64,000 bases of DNA from a virus. How positions within the stretch are numbered: position 1 is the stretch's first letter; each line of letters opens with the position of its first letter. Under the pieces are notes generated by a model that saw nothing but the letters and a program-made list of their open reading frames with translations, was not told the origin of the DNA and made no database searches. The position numbers and the translations under genes are program-made. The stretch is from the IMG/VR virus record IMGVR_UViG_3300034019_000950, positions 1 to 64,000 of that record; one strand, given 5' to 3'. Of the stretch, positions 36,725 through 48,400 are shown piece by piece.

Positions 36725-38044
36725 TCAGCCCAGGTAGTTCGCGGTGATCACGTCATCCACGGTCGGCGCGGTGCCGCCCAGGGTGACGCGGGTCTTGCTG
36801 GTGCCGGTGTTGCGATCCACCACGAACTCGCCATCGCCGGGCGTGCTGGCCACGGAGAGAAGAAGCTGGCCGTTCAGGGCCACCATGACGCCGGGGTAGA
36901 ACTCGCTGCGGATGTCCTGCGACAAGTCGTAAGCGAGCGCGGTGCCGCCGGTGAAGCTCTGCGCGTAGGGCCGGAACCCGGCCTTTGCGAGCGTCACGGC
37001 GTTGTCGGCGATCTTGCCCGTGACCACCGCCCCGTTCGCCAGCTGCGTGGTGCCCACGCCACCGTCGGCGATCTTGACACCCGTACCGCTCTGGCCCAGG
37101 GTGCCACCGTCGAGCAGAAGGGTGACGAACCCGCTGCCGTCGATCTGCACACCACCCGTGGCCTTGACGGCCAGCGCGCCGGACGAGAACTCCAGACCCT
37201 TGTTTGCGGCAAGGCCAACGGAAAGACCGTCTCCATCCTTGATGATGCCGCTGTTCGACTTGATGCGGACGGTCAGTCCGTTGCTGTCCGCGATCAGGCC
37301 GGGGTTGCTGGCGTTGAGCTTCAGCTGCACGCTGTCGGACAGCACCTGCACGCCGTTGCTGGTGTTCACCGACAGGGTGTTCCCCGTTTTGGCCAGACCG
37401 TCGCCGGCCACAATGCTGGCGGCACCAGTGAACTGAACGAACGTGATGGCCGTGCTGCCCAGCGTCACAGCGTCGTTCGTGCACACCCAGCCGGTGTCGG
37501 CGTTGCCCGTGCCCTCGCTGACGAAGATGGCGGCGCTCGGGAACTCGCTGCCGGCGTCGAGGTCGGCAGCGCGCGAGGCGGCACCGGACGCGGGCGCCAC
37601 GTACACGCCGTTTTGGCTGCCCGTGGACTGGCCGATCAGCAGGATGCGGTCGCCTTCCACCAGCGTCACGCCGTCCACGGTCTGCCCCGCCGCCAGCGCC
37701 GTGCTGATGTCCACGTTGGCGATGGCCACCACGCGGGCGGGCTGCTTCCACTTGATGCCCTGGGCCACGCCGTCCACGTAGGACTTCGTCGCCACGTCGT
37801 CGGACGCGCTCGGGGCCGCAGCGCGCAGGGTGCCGCTGGTGAAGCTCCACGTGCCGGTGAGGTCAGCCTTGCCGGCGGTCACGGCGTTGGCCGCGAGCTT
37901 TCCGGTGGTGACGTTCAGATCAAGGATGGCGGCGGTATCCACCGCATCGTTCGCGAGCTTGCCGGCGGTGACGGCGTTGTCAGCCAGCTTGCCGGTGGTG
38001 ATGCTGAGGTCTGCGAACTGCCGGGTAACGAACTGCAGGGCCAT
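36725..38044 (-). CDS. tail fibre/virion fibre protein
   Basis: AVT.GK(L/I)A repeats, ATKSYVD, DGVTL..GDRILL..Q....NGVY domain, Gly-rich fibre repeats. Confidence 0.75.
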   Translation of the reverse strand: MALQFVTRQFADLSITTGKLADNAVTAGKLANDAVDTAAILDLNVTTGKLAANAVTAGKADLTGTWSFTSGTLRAAAPSASDDVATKSYVDGVAQGIKWKQPARVVAIANVDISTALAAGQTVDGVTLVEGDRILLIGQSTGSQNGVYVAPASGAASRAADLDAGSEFPSAAIFVSEGTGNADTGWVCTNDAVTLGSTAITFVQFTGAASIVAGDGLAKTGNTLSVNTSNGVQVLSDSVQLKLNASNPGLIADSNGLTVRIKSNSGIIKDGDGLSVGLAANKGLEFSSGALAVKATGGVQIDGSGFVTLLLDGGTLGQSGTGVKIADGGVGTTQLANGAVVTGKIADNAVTLAKAGFRPYAQSFTGGTALAYDLSQDIRSEFYPGVMVALNGQLLLSVASTPGDGEFVVDRNTGTSKTRVTLGGTAPTVDDVITANYLG

Positions 38045-38092
38045 GACTGCTCCAAGCGGTGAGTGCCGTTGAGTGCTGTGCTGGTGGCCCGT

Positions 38093-38467
38093 CTACGCAG
38101 GTCGGTAAGCCACCTCTATACCGCTTGGAGAGGCTGGGGGGAAGGGTAGTGTGAAGGTGGTGGACGAGCTTTCCGAAAAGTCTGTTAGCCGTAGCCGCTG
38201 GCCGCTGTCATATACTTGGAGGCTACCGGGATAATACGCAGCAGGCACAGTGAACACGGTGCGCACACCATCCACCTGAGCGGTCAGGTCGGCACGCAGC
38301 AGCGCGGCGCGCACGGCGCGCGTAGCCACCACCACCGCGCCAGTGTAGTCCTGGGCGGGGCTGGGCGCTGTGGTCGCCTGCAGCAGCGGGTCCGGGTTGT
38401 CCTCGGTTGTCCAATACACCAGCACGCCATCACTTACCCGACGTGCACGGTTTACGTACTGCAGCAC
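38093..38467 (-). CDS. putative virion protein
   Basis: GGAGG RBS; beta-rich C-terminus; tail region. Confidence 0.55.
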   Translation of the reverse strand: MLQYVNRARRVSDGVLVYWTTEDNPDPLLQATTAPSPAQDYTGAVVVATRAVRAALLRADLTAQVDGVRTVFTVPAAYYPGSLQVYDSGQRLRLTDFSESSSTTFTLPFPPASPSGIEVAYRPA

Positions 38468-38476
38468 GATGCCTCC

Positions 38477-39310
38477 CTACTCGATGCGCAGGCCGGCGAA
38501 GCCAACGATGCCAAGGTCGTCCGGGTCGCTGGCGTCCACGAGATCGGCGTGCAGCTCGTACACTCGCGAGCTGGACCGCAGGTTACCCGGCTGCGTGCCA
38601 ACGGTCAGGCCCGCGCTGAGCACGGCCACGGGCGCAGCCCCCGTGCGCGCCACCACAGCACCCGTCACGTACTCGGCATCGCCCACGTTCCACAGCCGGA
38701 CCCGCACCTGCCACCCGCCGGCAGTGCTGAGCACGGACTGCAGGCGCACCGTGCGCCCGTCAGGGTAGTCGGCAGGGTTCCACGGCACGGCAGCCAGCAC
38801 GCGCACACCGTCGCGGTCTGTGACAAGCTGCTGCCCGCACCACACCATCGGCTGATGCAGCGGCGCCGGCACGTAGCTGGGCAGCTGCCCCGCGCCCTGG
38901 CTTGCCAGCACTCGGCCAGCCGTGCCCACCGCAAGGCGCGCCCACGTGCCTTGTGTATCGCGTACCAGCAGGTCGCCCGTGGTCTGCCCGGCGACGCCTA
39001 CGGCCAGAGACACAGGACCACCAGGGCCGCCATCGGCCAAGGTAAGGCCAACACCTGCGGTCAGCACTCGTTCTGCAGTAAGGCCCGCGCTTGTCCCGAT
39101 GACCACGTAGCTGGCGTCGGTGGGCGCGCCGCCACCCTGACCACCAGACACAAGGTCGAACGACAGCGTAGCCGGGTTCCACGAAAGCGTGGACCCCTCG
39201 GCTGTCTGCACCGTAGCACTTGATCCAAGCTTAGGCGCGTGACCGGCAAGGTTGAGTAGCGCGATGCGCTCGGCAGGGCTACCACCGCCACCAGCACGAC
39301 CGGACATCAT
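38477..39310 (-). CDS. putative tail fibre protein
   Basis: ERVLTAG.GL, GDLLVR....W.RL..GT.G.VL fibre motifs. Confidence 0.6.
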   Translation of the reverse strand: MMSGRAGGGGSPAERIALLNLAGHAPKLGSSATVQTAEGSTLSWNPATLSFDLVSGGQGGGAPTDASYVVIGTSAGLTAERVLTAGVGLTLADGGPGGPVSLAVGVAGQTTGDLLVRDTQGTWARLAVGTAGRVLASQGAGQLPSYVPAPLHQPMVWCGQQLVTDRDGVRVLAAVPWNPADYPDGRTVRLQSVLSTAGGWQVRVRLWNVGDAEYVTGAVVARTGAAPVAVLSAGLTVGTQPGNLRSSSRVYELHADLVDASDPDDLGIVGFAGLRIE

Positions 39311-40962
39311 GCACCCCCGGCCATGCTTGCTGATGCACTACCGCCGCCGAGGGCGTAGTAGCGCGCCCACACGCGCAGTCCAAGCGTGCACGCAGACGGT
39401 GTGTAGGTGATTGACTCAACCGTTGCGCGCTGCTCTGACCACCCAAACTCGGCATCCGTCAGCAACACTGTGTCGCCACGCCGCAGATGAAGCAAAACCC
39501 AAGGTGCAGCAAGATAATCGACACGATAGCTGGGCAGCGCCGTATGCTCCACCAGCCAGTCCACCACCGCCTCTGCCACCTGCTGTTCAGCAATCCACAG
39601 GCTCTCCACAACGTCGCCTTGACGCTCGCCCACCATCTGCCGGCTAATCTGACACAGCAGGCTGTTCGTCGGGTCACGCTGCACGACGCCAGTGTAGGCA
39701 TCGGTCAGCGGGTCGTATCCGTACTGCATGGTGAAGGTGTTTTGCAGATTGGAACGTGGGCTTTCTGAAACGCTCGTGGCCCTATCAAGCAGGGGCCACT
39801 GGTCAGCGACCAAAGACAACACGGGTGGAGCACGCCTGTCAGTGACAATCGGGCCGTACCCACCACCTTCCCAGATCATCGACACCATCGGAAAGCTTGT
39901 AAGGAACTCCCCCTCGATGAAGGCAATGACAGTCGTGTTGGATGCGCCGCTGGCGTTGACGGCGCAGCGTGCAGCCATACGTGAGCCGAGCTTTGCCTGC
40001 GCCTCCGCAAACAAGCCGTGTGAGGCTCCAGCAGGTCCAAGTGTGGTGTAGCCCTCCACAAGCTCACGAATGATGGTTGTGGGCGTGCCATCACTCGGCC
40101 CACCGCTAACCGACACATATACAGCTTCATCACCAGAAAAGCCAGATAGTCCGCCGGTAAAGGACAGACGAGTGTATGGCTCGCCCATTGCGTCCACCGC
40201 GTTGACCTGCGCCCACGGGTAGTAAATGGAGGTTGACGTATAGGCAGCACCATCCACATACACGGCTGTAATCGTCAGGTGTCCGTGGCACACAGCATAG
40301 GCGGGCGTCGAAACAGACGACGAGACGAGGATGGCAGGAAGCGGGTCGAACGAAGGCAGAACGACTGGTAGCCGTTGGCCCTCACTTGCCGATGGCAGTC
40401 CGCTGATGCGCTCGGAAGTCAAAACATACGGTGGTAACTGCTGGTCACAGCTGGCCAGCGGGTCAGTCACGGTGCAGGAAACAACCTGAGCGATAGCGCC
40501 AAACTGAACATCATCCATATCACCACGGATGAGAACAATGCGCTGGTCGTGATCTCCACCGTCTACGTTCAGCGACACCTCTGCCACGCCAGACAGCAAC
40601 CGACCCGCCGCAATCAGCCCCGCTGCGTTGACCAGTGCGTTGGGAACAGTGACAGACAACGTCTTTGCCGTGCTGGACCCGCTCGCAAGCTGATAGTCCA
40701 TCGTGATGCTGATGCTGTCGCTCAACAACCCGTGCCAGGACTGAACCTCGCCCGTCAGGCTGCTACGTGTGCTGCACTGCCTGTTCGCAACCCGCACCAC
40801 ATGATCATCGCCAAAGACAAGCTCTACACAAACGGCAAGGCCATATAGCTGAGGGTCGATCTGCAGCACGCCCTGCCAGTAGCTGCTGCTCAACCCACGA
40901 GCGCCAAAGCGCCCGGTGCGCCAGCGAGTGAAAGCCGGGTGCTGCAGGTAAAGACTGCTCAC
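39307..40962 (-). CDS. minor tail/baseplate hub protein
   Basis: 551 aa downstream of tape measure; C-terminal L..GD.V.L hub motif. Confidence 0.6.
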   Translation of the reverse strand: MSSLYLQHPAFTRWRTGRFGARGLSSSYWQGVLQIDPQLYGLAVCVELVFGDDHVVRVANRQCSTRSSLTGEVQSWHGLLSDSISITMDYQLASGSSTAKTLSVTVPNALVNAAGLIAAGRLLSGVAEVSLNVDGGDHDQRIVLIRGDMDDVQFGAIAQVVSCTVTDPLASCDQQLPPYVLTSERISGLPSASEGQRLPVVLPSFDPLPAILVSSSVSTPAYAVCHGHLTITAVYVDGAAYTSTSIYYPWAQVNAVDAMGEPYTRLSFTGGLSGFSGDEAVYVSVSGGPSDGTPTTIIRELVEGYTTLGPAGASHGLFAEAQAKLGSRMAARCAVNASGASNTTVIAFIEGEFLTSFPMVSMIWEGGGYGPIVTDRRAPPVLSLVADQWPLLDRATSVSESPRSNLQNTFTMQYGYDPLTDAYTGVVQRDPTNSLLCQISRQMVGERQGDVVESLWIAEQQVAEAVVDWLVEHTALPSYRVDYLAAPWVLLHLRRGDTVLLTDAEFGWSEQRATVESITYTPSACTLGLRVWARYYALGGGSASASMAGGA

Positions 40963-43900
40963 ACCTCCTCCTCAAAGGTCACTGCCAAGTCGCCCACCTG
41001 CACCCACCTCTGGAGCGTTGTATCGTACCGCCATCCGGCATTCGCCAGCTCGGTGCTACCCATGAAGCGTGAGTAAAGCATGGAGAGGCTTTGCTTTTGA
41101 TCGTCGCTGCACAGCACGAGTGGATGCGCGCCATACCGGCCAAGGTGACGCATCGTTGCACGGAAAGCCTCACGCCAACGCTCAACATCACCTTGACTGT
41201 TCCCAGTAACGACACGACGCGGAGTGCCGGCGACGTAAGCTGTACGGGCGCCAGAAACAGCGGTTGTAAACTCAACATTCCCTGACTGTTCATCCCCGGT
41301 GTTCCAGTCAAGCGGAACGCTAAACGGCAAGGTCATGCCAGCGACAATCGAACCGATACGCCAATAGCCCTCGGGCGGCGCACCCTGCACAGCATCGGAT
41401 GGAATGGTGATGCGCAGGTAGCGAGGGAAGTCGTTGTCGGCGCGCCGTGTACCAGTGCCAGATGCGTCCGCAATAACCCGTACACCTTGCGGGTAGTCAG
41501 CGAAGGCCAGAAGGTGCCGATCCGCCCAGATGTCCAGGGTCACACCGCTGGTGATCCCATAGCTAAACAGACCCTGCGTCAATCCGGCAAAGTGGATTGT
41601 GTCGCCGTGGTTGGTGGCGATGCGAATGATGCTCGGGTTGGTGCTGAGCGCGTGCACCTGTGCCCGGCAGTAGTGCCCCGCCAGCTCTCCATCACGCCAC
41701 TGCGCCGCCTGCGATGCGTTGACCCGCACGCTGTTGCTTGCAAGACCCTGGGATTGCAAGGTGGCGATGTACCGCAGACCGTCTACGTAGATGCGCGAGG
41801 GTGATGAAAGGGTGGCATCATCACCGTACTCCAGTGTGAAGTAGCGGCTGTTGGTTCCAACGACGGCAAAGCCACTGTGCCGGAAGCGAACGACATCGCC
41901 AGTGACGGAGGCTCGCTGTGCGTCAAGCAGCAGCTGTTGTTCAGCCTCCGTTGTGCTGCGCCACCCGCTCTCCGGGCTGGGCGTCACAAGCTGGTCGCCA
42001 CCATACTGATACTGAACCGGGGCAACGAAAGTATCGCCATCAAAACCGCCGCCACCGCCCCACCGGATGCTGATACCCTGCGCCACGTGTTGCGGCTCGG
42101 CCGCAGCAAGCCATCCACGCAGATTGCTCGGATTGGTCAGGCCATATTGCCCCAGGCTGCTGACGCGCGACCACCATGCTTCGCGCCATTCATGTGTGAA
42201 TGTAGCGGTTGCCTGGACAGCAAGGTGTCCCCACTCAACACGCTGAAACGCGGTCGGCAGGACTGCGCTTGTTAGCGTCAGCGGCCCGGTGGTGTTCCAC
42301 ACGTTGTCGCCGGCACGCGACCACGAAAGCTCGGCACTTGTGGTGCTGACCTGGGTTTGGATGGCAACACGGAAGTCATACCAGCTGCCGGTCGTGATGC
42401 CAGCGAGCGCGTTTTGCGGGCTGAGGAACAGAGTTGTGACAGCGTTGGGGTCGTAGATGCCGACGCTCCCATCGCTGGAGAGGTGGACGCCAACAGCAAA
42501 GGATAGACCCGCGCTTGACAGTGCCTGGATGCCAGCCCCCCAGCGGGGCGCCCGCATAGCCGCCCCAGTCACGGCAGACGGCTGCGTGCTGCTCGTTCCT
42601 GCCGTTGCGCGGGTTGTCCATCCCAGCACACCATCGTCGGCCATAAACTGCGTGACGGCCGCAGCCGCTTGCGAGACGCTGATGGAGAGGCGGCTGGGCG
42701 TTCCTACAGTGAACTGGGTTGCGTCCGCTACCCATGTGAGCAACGGCGTGCCAGCGGAGGATGCCCCCCAGGGAGTGAACGCGCTGGCACCGCTGTAGGC
42801 TGGTGGCCCGTATTGTGAACTCCAATAGTTAGTGAACATGCTGCCGAACTCGTCGGACAGCACGCCAGCTTCACGGTGCACGGGTCGTCGGCTGTAGCCC
42901 GACCAGTAAGCAAGTGTTCCTGCCTTCCAGTCTGCCGTGCCTGTTCCAGTTTCACGGTCGATGCCGCCCGCCAGGAAGCCCAGCCGATCGCCCAGCCATG
43001 CCAGCGTGCCGCCCTTGGGGCCGTAGCGCATGGACCCGGTGTGACCCAGGATATCGTCGCCCCACAGCACCCACTCTCCGACACGCGGCGCGGTGGCGCT
43101 CCATCCTGCCTGAATGCGATCTACAGGAATGAGGAAGCTGTAGTTGGCGAAACGGTTGTTCCCAGCCGCATCATCTGTATGAACAAGCAGGTAGACGTAG
43201 GCGCCGCCACGAGCCAGATACAGCGCCTTGCTGTTACCGACTGCACTAATCAAGCCAACGGTGAAGCCAGACGGCGCCCAGGCACCGCCACGGCTTGCGA
43301 ACTCATACCTCCACGTGCCAGCAGCCAGCGCACGGACACGGAAAAAGGCCCCATCAAGGGTTCCAAGTCCAACGATGTCGTTCAGCTCGTTAGCGTTGAA
43401 GCTGTCGCCATTGGAAAGGTCGTCCAGCCCATCCGGCTCGGCCACCGCCGCGCCCCACGTGGCACCGCGATCACCGCTATAAACGCTGGCAATCCCCTGC
43501 GTCGCCGTGCTGCCAAGCCAAAGCTCCATTCTGAGCCAGTCGCCGCTCACGGCTGCACGCATGGCGAAGATCTGATGGGTGCGACCGTAGATGGCAGAAA
43601 CGATGCCCGGCGTTGCCAGTGTCCACGTTGCGCCACCATCACGGCTGGTCAGCATGTCAACATCAGACATGCCGGGGGCGCCGGAAGGGTCGGGCACGTA
43701 GGTATAAAACCACCGCAAGCTGCCGTCAGGCAGCTCTACAATCGCAGAGTAGCCAGTGAAGGCAGGAACGCGCCCGATTGCAGGCGTGTATGTCGTGGTG
43801 GTGTAGTTAGCGGAGGGATCAGAAGTGGACAGGCTGCGGTAAGCAATGTCAAAGACGGACGTTCCGCTTCTCAACCGCACCGCGACAACACGATTGAACG

Positions 43901-44396
43901 CGGAGCTGTAGGCAAGCGCATAGTGTCCAGCGGCCGTTTTCGCCGTGTTCCACGGATGATGGACGCCCTGTTCATATCGCAGGTCGTGGGCGCCGCGCGT
44001 CTGTGACTGGTCGTCCGTTTGGTATCGCCAGCCCCACTCGGCACCCTCAAACAGACCGCCCGTAGACAACAGCTGTGCCACCATCCCGGTAGGCGAAGGT
44101 TGCGGTGTTGATGGCGTAGTATCCCAAGCTCCAGCCAAGAAAGGCAGCAGATCGCCCTCGTTGGTGGCGTCAGGGTAGGCGGTTCCAAGTCGCGGGCCTT
44201 GCTGACTGGTGGCAGTGGACAACACGTTGCTGCGCAGCGCCGCGTCCTGGGTCAGCAGAAATGAGCGAGGTTCCGCCCTGTCTGCCTGCAGATCAAGGTC
44301 GGCCCATACAACCTCTGCCGTTGCTCCAAACGCGGTGCCACTGGTGATGCCGAAGTGGACGACAGACGCAACAGCGCCAGAGGCAGGGGTAGCCAT
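40959..44396 (-). CDS. large tail protein with BNR/Asp-box repeats
   Basis: 1145 aa; SRDGGATW and SGDRGATW motifs. Confidence 0.65.
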   Translation of the reverse strand: MATPASGAVASVVHFGITSGTAFGATAEVVWADLDLQADRAEPRSFLLTQDAALRSNVLSTATSQQGPRLGTAYPDATNEGDLLPFLAGAWDTTPSTPQPSPTGMVAQLLSTGGLFEGAEWGWRYQTDDQSQTRGAHDLRYEQGVHHPWNTAKTAAGHYALAYSSAFNRVVAVRLRSGTSVFDIAYRSLSTSDPSANYTTTTYTPAIGRVPAFTGYSAIVELPDGSLRWFYTYVPDPSGAPGMSDVDMLTSRDGGATWTLATPGIVSAIYGRTHQIFAMRAAVSGDWLRMELWLGSTATQGIASVYSGDRGATWGAAVAEPDGLDDLSNGDSFNANELNDIVGLGTLDGAFFRVRALAAGTWRYEFASRGGAWAPSGFTVGLISAVGNSKALYLARGGAYVYLLVHTDDAAGNNRFANYSFLIPVDRIQAGWSATAPRVGEWVLWGDDILGHTGSMRYGPKGGTLAWLGDRLGFLAGGIDRETGTGTADWKAGTLAYWSGYSRRPVHREAGVLSDEFGSMFTNYWSSQYGPPAYSGASAFTPWGASSAGTPLLTWVADATQFTVGTPSRLSISVSQAAAAVTQFMADDGVLGWTTRATAGTSSTQPSAVTGAAMRAPRWGAGIQALSSAGLSFAVGVHLSSDGSVGIYDPNAVTTLFLSPQNALAGITTGSWYDFRVAIQTQVSTTSAELSWSRAGDNVWNTTGPLTLTSAVLPTAFQRVEWGHLAVQATATFTHEWREAWWSRVSSLGQYGLTNPSNLRGWLAAAEPQHVAQGISIRWGGGGGFDGDTFVAPVQYQYGGDQLVTPSPESGWRSTTEAEQQLLLDAQRASVTGDVVRFRHSGFAVVGTNSRYFTLEYGDDATLSSPSRIYVDGLRYIATLQSQGLASNSVRVNASQAAQWRDGELAGHYCRAQVHALSTNPSIIRIATNHGDTIHFAGLTQGLFSYGITSGVTLDIWADRHLLAFADYPQGVRVIADASGTGTRRADNDFPRYLRITIPSDAVQGAPPEGYWRIGSIVAGMTLPFSVPLDWNTGDEQSGNVEFTTAVSGARTAYVAGTPRRVVTGNSQGDVERWREAFRATMRHLGRYGAHPLVLCSDDQKQSLSMLYSRFMGSTELANAGWRYDTTLQRWVQVGDLAVTFEEEV

Positions 44397-45442
44397 CAGG
44401 AAGCCCCGTACCGAAGGGTCAGGTTGTCAAGGTCAGCAGCGGCCCAGCCGGTGCCGCCGGGCTTATCGGTGCGCAAGAAGGTGCACAGCCCACCACTGGG
44501 AGACATTGCCGTTCCAGTGCCCGACGCAGTGCTTCCGCCCAAGGCCATCCCAGCAGTTCCAGTCGGCAGTGTTCCATCACCCGCAGCGGCCACGTTGACC
44601 TGTACCGCTTGCACAGCAGGTGAGGTCCAGGCAGCGTTGATGTTCGTGCGGTTTTGGAGGTTCACTTGGAAGGTGCTTGCGGTCGGTGTGGAAGTGTACG
44701 ATGCGTCAGCGGCATCTTCCAGCGCCTGCCAGTTGCTCGGAGCACCAGTCGGCAACCACGCGCCGTTGATGTCGTCCGCGTTTGGCCGCAAGCCCTGGAT
44801 CCATGTGGTGCTCGTCACTGGATCACTGCTACTGCCCCACACAACCGTATGATCATGGTAGGCGACCACTGTACCAGCGCCGCCGCCAGCCATCGGCGCG
44901 CCCCATCGCGCAACATCAACCCCACTGACTGTAGTGAGGGCCGTGCTGCGGCTCAGCACCTGCACGCCGTCCACCCACAGCGTCAAGGTGACGGTGCCGC
45001 CCACGATGGCCCAGCGAAGCGCAAGCCGGATCCATCGGGCAGTCGTCACTGTTGCGCTGGTAGTGCCCACAGTCACGCCATTGTGCTTGACCGTCAGCCG
45101 TGTGCTTACCCCCGTATCGGCGGCGTAGACGCCAGCCATCTCCAGGCCACCAGTGTCATACACGGCGACCAGCGGAACGGTGGAAGCACCATTGAAGTTT
45201 TGTGCAGCTTGGAAAGTTGTGTTGATGCCACCCCCGCTGGGAACGGAAAACACAGGCGCAGTGCGAAGCCAGCTATCAGCCGTCAAGGACAGGCTGGTGT
45301 TGCCGCCGCCATACCCGCTCGGGTGCTGGTGGGTGACTGTGCGCTCGTTTGGATCAACGCCCCCGACTGACGACCAAGCGGTGTTTGTGTAGAAGGCAAG
45401 CGGTGCACGAACTTCCCAGCCCCAAGCCCAGATGATGGCCAT
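44396..45442 (-). CDS. tail protein, ConA/LamG-like
   Basis: Beta-rich with W.RLALRW...TLWVDG; follows tape measure. Confidence 0.55.
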   Translation of the reverse strand: MAIIWAWGWEVRAPLAFYTNTAWSSVGGVDPNERTVTHQHPSGYGGGNTSLSLTADSWLRTAPVFSVPSGGGINTTFQAAQNFNGASTVPLVAVYDTGGLEMAGVYAADTGVSTRLTVKHNGVTVGTTSATVTTARWIRLALRWAIVGGTVTLTLWVDGVQVLSRSTALTTVSGVDVARWGAPMAGGGAGTVVAYHDHTVVWGSSSDPVTSTTWIQGLRPNADDINGAWLPTGAPSNWQALEDAADASYTSTPTASTFQVNLQNRTNINAAWTSPAVQAVQVNVAAAGDGTLPTGTAGMALGGSTASGTGTAMSPSGGLCTFLRTDKPGGTGWAAADLDNLTLRYGAS

Positions 45443-45460
45443 GCTTCACTCCTGCCGCCG

Positions 45461-48400
45461 TTAGAACTTGCCACGGTCGAAGCCGACGTGCACGCCCGCC
45501 CGCAGTGTAGTGCGTCGAAGCTCACGCTGCAGCCTCGGTGCCTCTCCACGCTGGCCAGCCGTAAACAGCACCTCGTCCAAAGTGCGCCCGTTTGCCTGCA
45601 CCACCACCTGCACCCGTTGGCCGCCCATGCCCCCACCACCACCGCCGGCAGCGCCTTGCATAGCCGTGGCGGCCTGTAGCATGGCACTGGCAAGGCCAGC
45701 CGCCGCAGGCACCTCCACCTCGCCGGGCAGGTAACCACGCGCGGCGGGCGCCAGCCCGTTGGCAAGCTGACCACGCATTGCATCGAGAGCCTGCTGGAGC
45801 AGATCTGCCGGACGCTGGGCGGCGATGATGTAGTCGCCGGGTGCAAACCGGGCAGCCATGCCCTCAGCGCCCGCCTTCACCGCTCCGGGCGTGTCCCCGA
45901 ACGTGGCAGTTTCTGCCTTGCCAAGCGTGAAAATCTCGGCCAGCACGTCGCGGAAGAACTGCACCAGCTTCTGCAAGCCAAGGACGATGGCCTCACCGAT
46001 GCCCCGTGCAAGGTAGCCGAGTGCCTGCCCGATGGCCAACAGCAGCCCGACCGTGACCTCATACAGAATGACAGGCAAAGCCTTGATAAAGGCAGGCACG
46101 AACTGCGTGATGAACGCAACGATGAAGGTGGGGATCAGGTTGATGACTGCAGTGACAATCTGCGGTAGCGCGCGTGCAATACCAAGGATGATCGCGGGGA
46201 TCAGGCGCACGACGGCAACAATCAGGTCAGGCAGCATGATGATGATGGCCGCAATCAGGCGCGGCAGCATGGCGATGATGCCAACCACGATGTCAGTCGT
46301 AGCCATCAGCAGGTTTTCGATGATGGATGGCAGCTGGCGAACCAGCTCCAAGATCAACATCGTAGCCGCCTGCATCAAGCCAGCGACGATAGCCGGCAGC
46401 ATATCAACCACCGCCAGCACCAACCGGGGCACCTCTGCAATCAGCATGGCCACGAGTTGAAGCGCGCCGGCTGTCAATGCCTGGATGATGCGTGGAAGCT
46501 CCAGCACGACGGCGCCAACGACACCGATCGCTGCATCAACAAGCGCCGGCACCAGCGCCTGCAACACCTGCATCAAGGCTTGCACCAGCTGCGGCAACGC
46601 GCGCGCCACGGCGCCGACAAGCACCGGAACCAAGTCCACCACGGCCAGCACGGCTCGTAACAGTGAAGGCAGGGCAGCTTGCAGGGACGCCACCAGCTGA
46701 TCCACGATCAGCGGCAAGTCCTCAATCAGTGCCTGGACCAGCAGCACCACGCTATCGGCCAGGGCGCCGATGATGGCAGGAAGCTCAGCAATGATGGCAG
46801 ACGCGAGCTGACCAGCCGCCTGCGCAAGTGTTGACGCAAGCATGGGAAGGGCGTCTGCGAACTGCTGCAGCAGCGACGGCAGCTGATTGGCCAGCGCCTC
46901 CAACGCTGCGGGCGCCGCCTCTACGAAAGTGGCCAGCAGCTCGCTTGCGCCATTCACAAGCTCGGTGACGTATGCTTCTGCACCAGCCACTGCAGTCATG
47001 GGCAGTGCGGCCAGCTTTTCCTCATACTCGTCAACCGAGATCTCACCAGCGGCCAGCTGCTCTTGCAGGGCTGCTACTTCCTCCATCCCCTTCTTGGCTT
47101 TCTCCATTGCGTCTGAAAGGCTGAAACTGAAGCCAGTCAGCTCCTCAAAGAGCGTCAACACGCCCATCGCGGCCTTGCCGATGCCGATGCCGATTGCACG
47201 CGCAACATCAACCGCAGCGGCCCGCACATTCTCCATCACCTGCTTGGCCACATCACCGAATGTATCAACGCCTTCCTCCGCTTTTGCCAGCGCGTCGGCA
47301 ATCGCGGCGTTGTAGTAGGCAATGACTGCCTCACGCTCTGCCAGCTGATCCTCTGCCAGCCGTGAAAGCAGTTGGTCACGCTCCTTCTCCAGCTCATAGA
47401 CCCGCCGGTAGTCACCCGCCGTCAGCATACGCACTTCCTCTGACAGTGCGCGCTTTTGGTTCAGCACTCGCTGGTCATACACAGCGTTGATCTCGGCAAC
47501 CTGACGCCCGGTCGCGTTTGCGCTCTCTACCAGCGTGCGCAAACGCTCCAGCTCGATGCGCTGCAGCTCGTTCATCTGCGCTTCTGCATCAGAAAGCTGC
47601 AGCTGCTCAATGATCTGATTGATGCGTGTGTAGGTGTCACGCACACGCTGTTGCGCCTCTGCCGCCTCCACTTCTTCGAGCTTTGTACGTGCCTGCATGA
47701 AGCGCAGCAGCACGTCAAGCCGTTCCGTTGCGCCACGCTCGTAAAGCGCCAGCTCTTGCTCAAACTCCAGTCGCAGCGCCTCGCGTCGGGTGTTGATGCG
47801 AGACTGAAGCTCAAACGCTTCCCGGTCTGCTTCATCCCTGCCAGCGGCTGCCAACGCCTCACGGAGCTGTTTCAGTACCGCTTCTTGTTCTTCCTGCTGC
47901 TGGCGCGCCGCGTCGGCACGCACGACGGCCACAATCCGGGCGCGTTCCAGCTCTGCCGCACGGATCTTGTCCGTCTGCTTGCCATAGGCCAACACCTCGG
48001 CATCAAACAGACGATTGAGTTCTTCCAGCTGCAAGCGAAGCTCAATCGCCGCCTGCTCGCTCGCCTTTGCGCGTCGTCTGGCGATGTCGTCCTCGGCCTT
48101 CTGAACCGCGCGCACCCGCGCCTCATAGGCCCGTCGCCATTCCTCCGACGCGTCTCGTGCCTGACGTGCGGATTGCTCGTCAACATCGCCCATCATGGCC
48201 GTCTTTTTGGCGGCCAGCTCTGCTGCAATCTCCTTCTTTGCCAGCGCCTGCGCCGCAAGCTCAGCACCCTGCGCAAGCCCTTCTATCTTCGCTTGCGCAT
48301 CCTTGACCTGTTGGCCCAGGTCCTCCTGCCGCTTGCGCACTTCCTCAACCGTTGCGCCGAACGTCGAAAGAACGCCCTTGTAGGCGACAGTTTCGTTGCC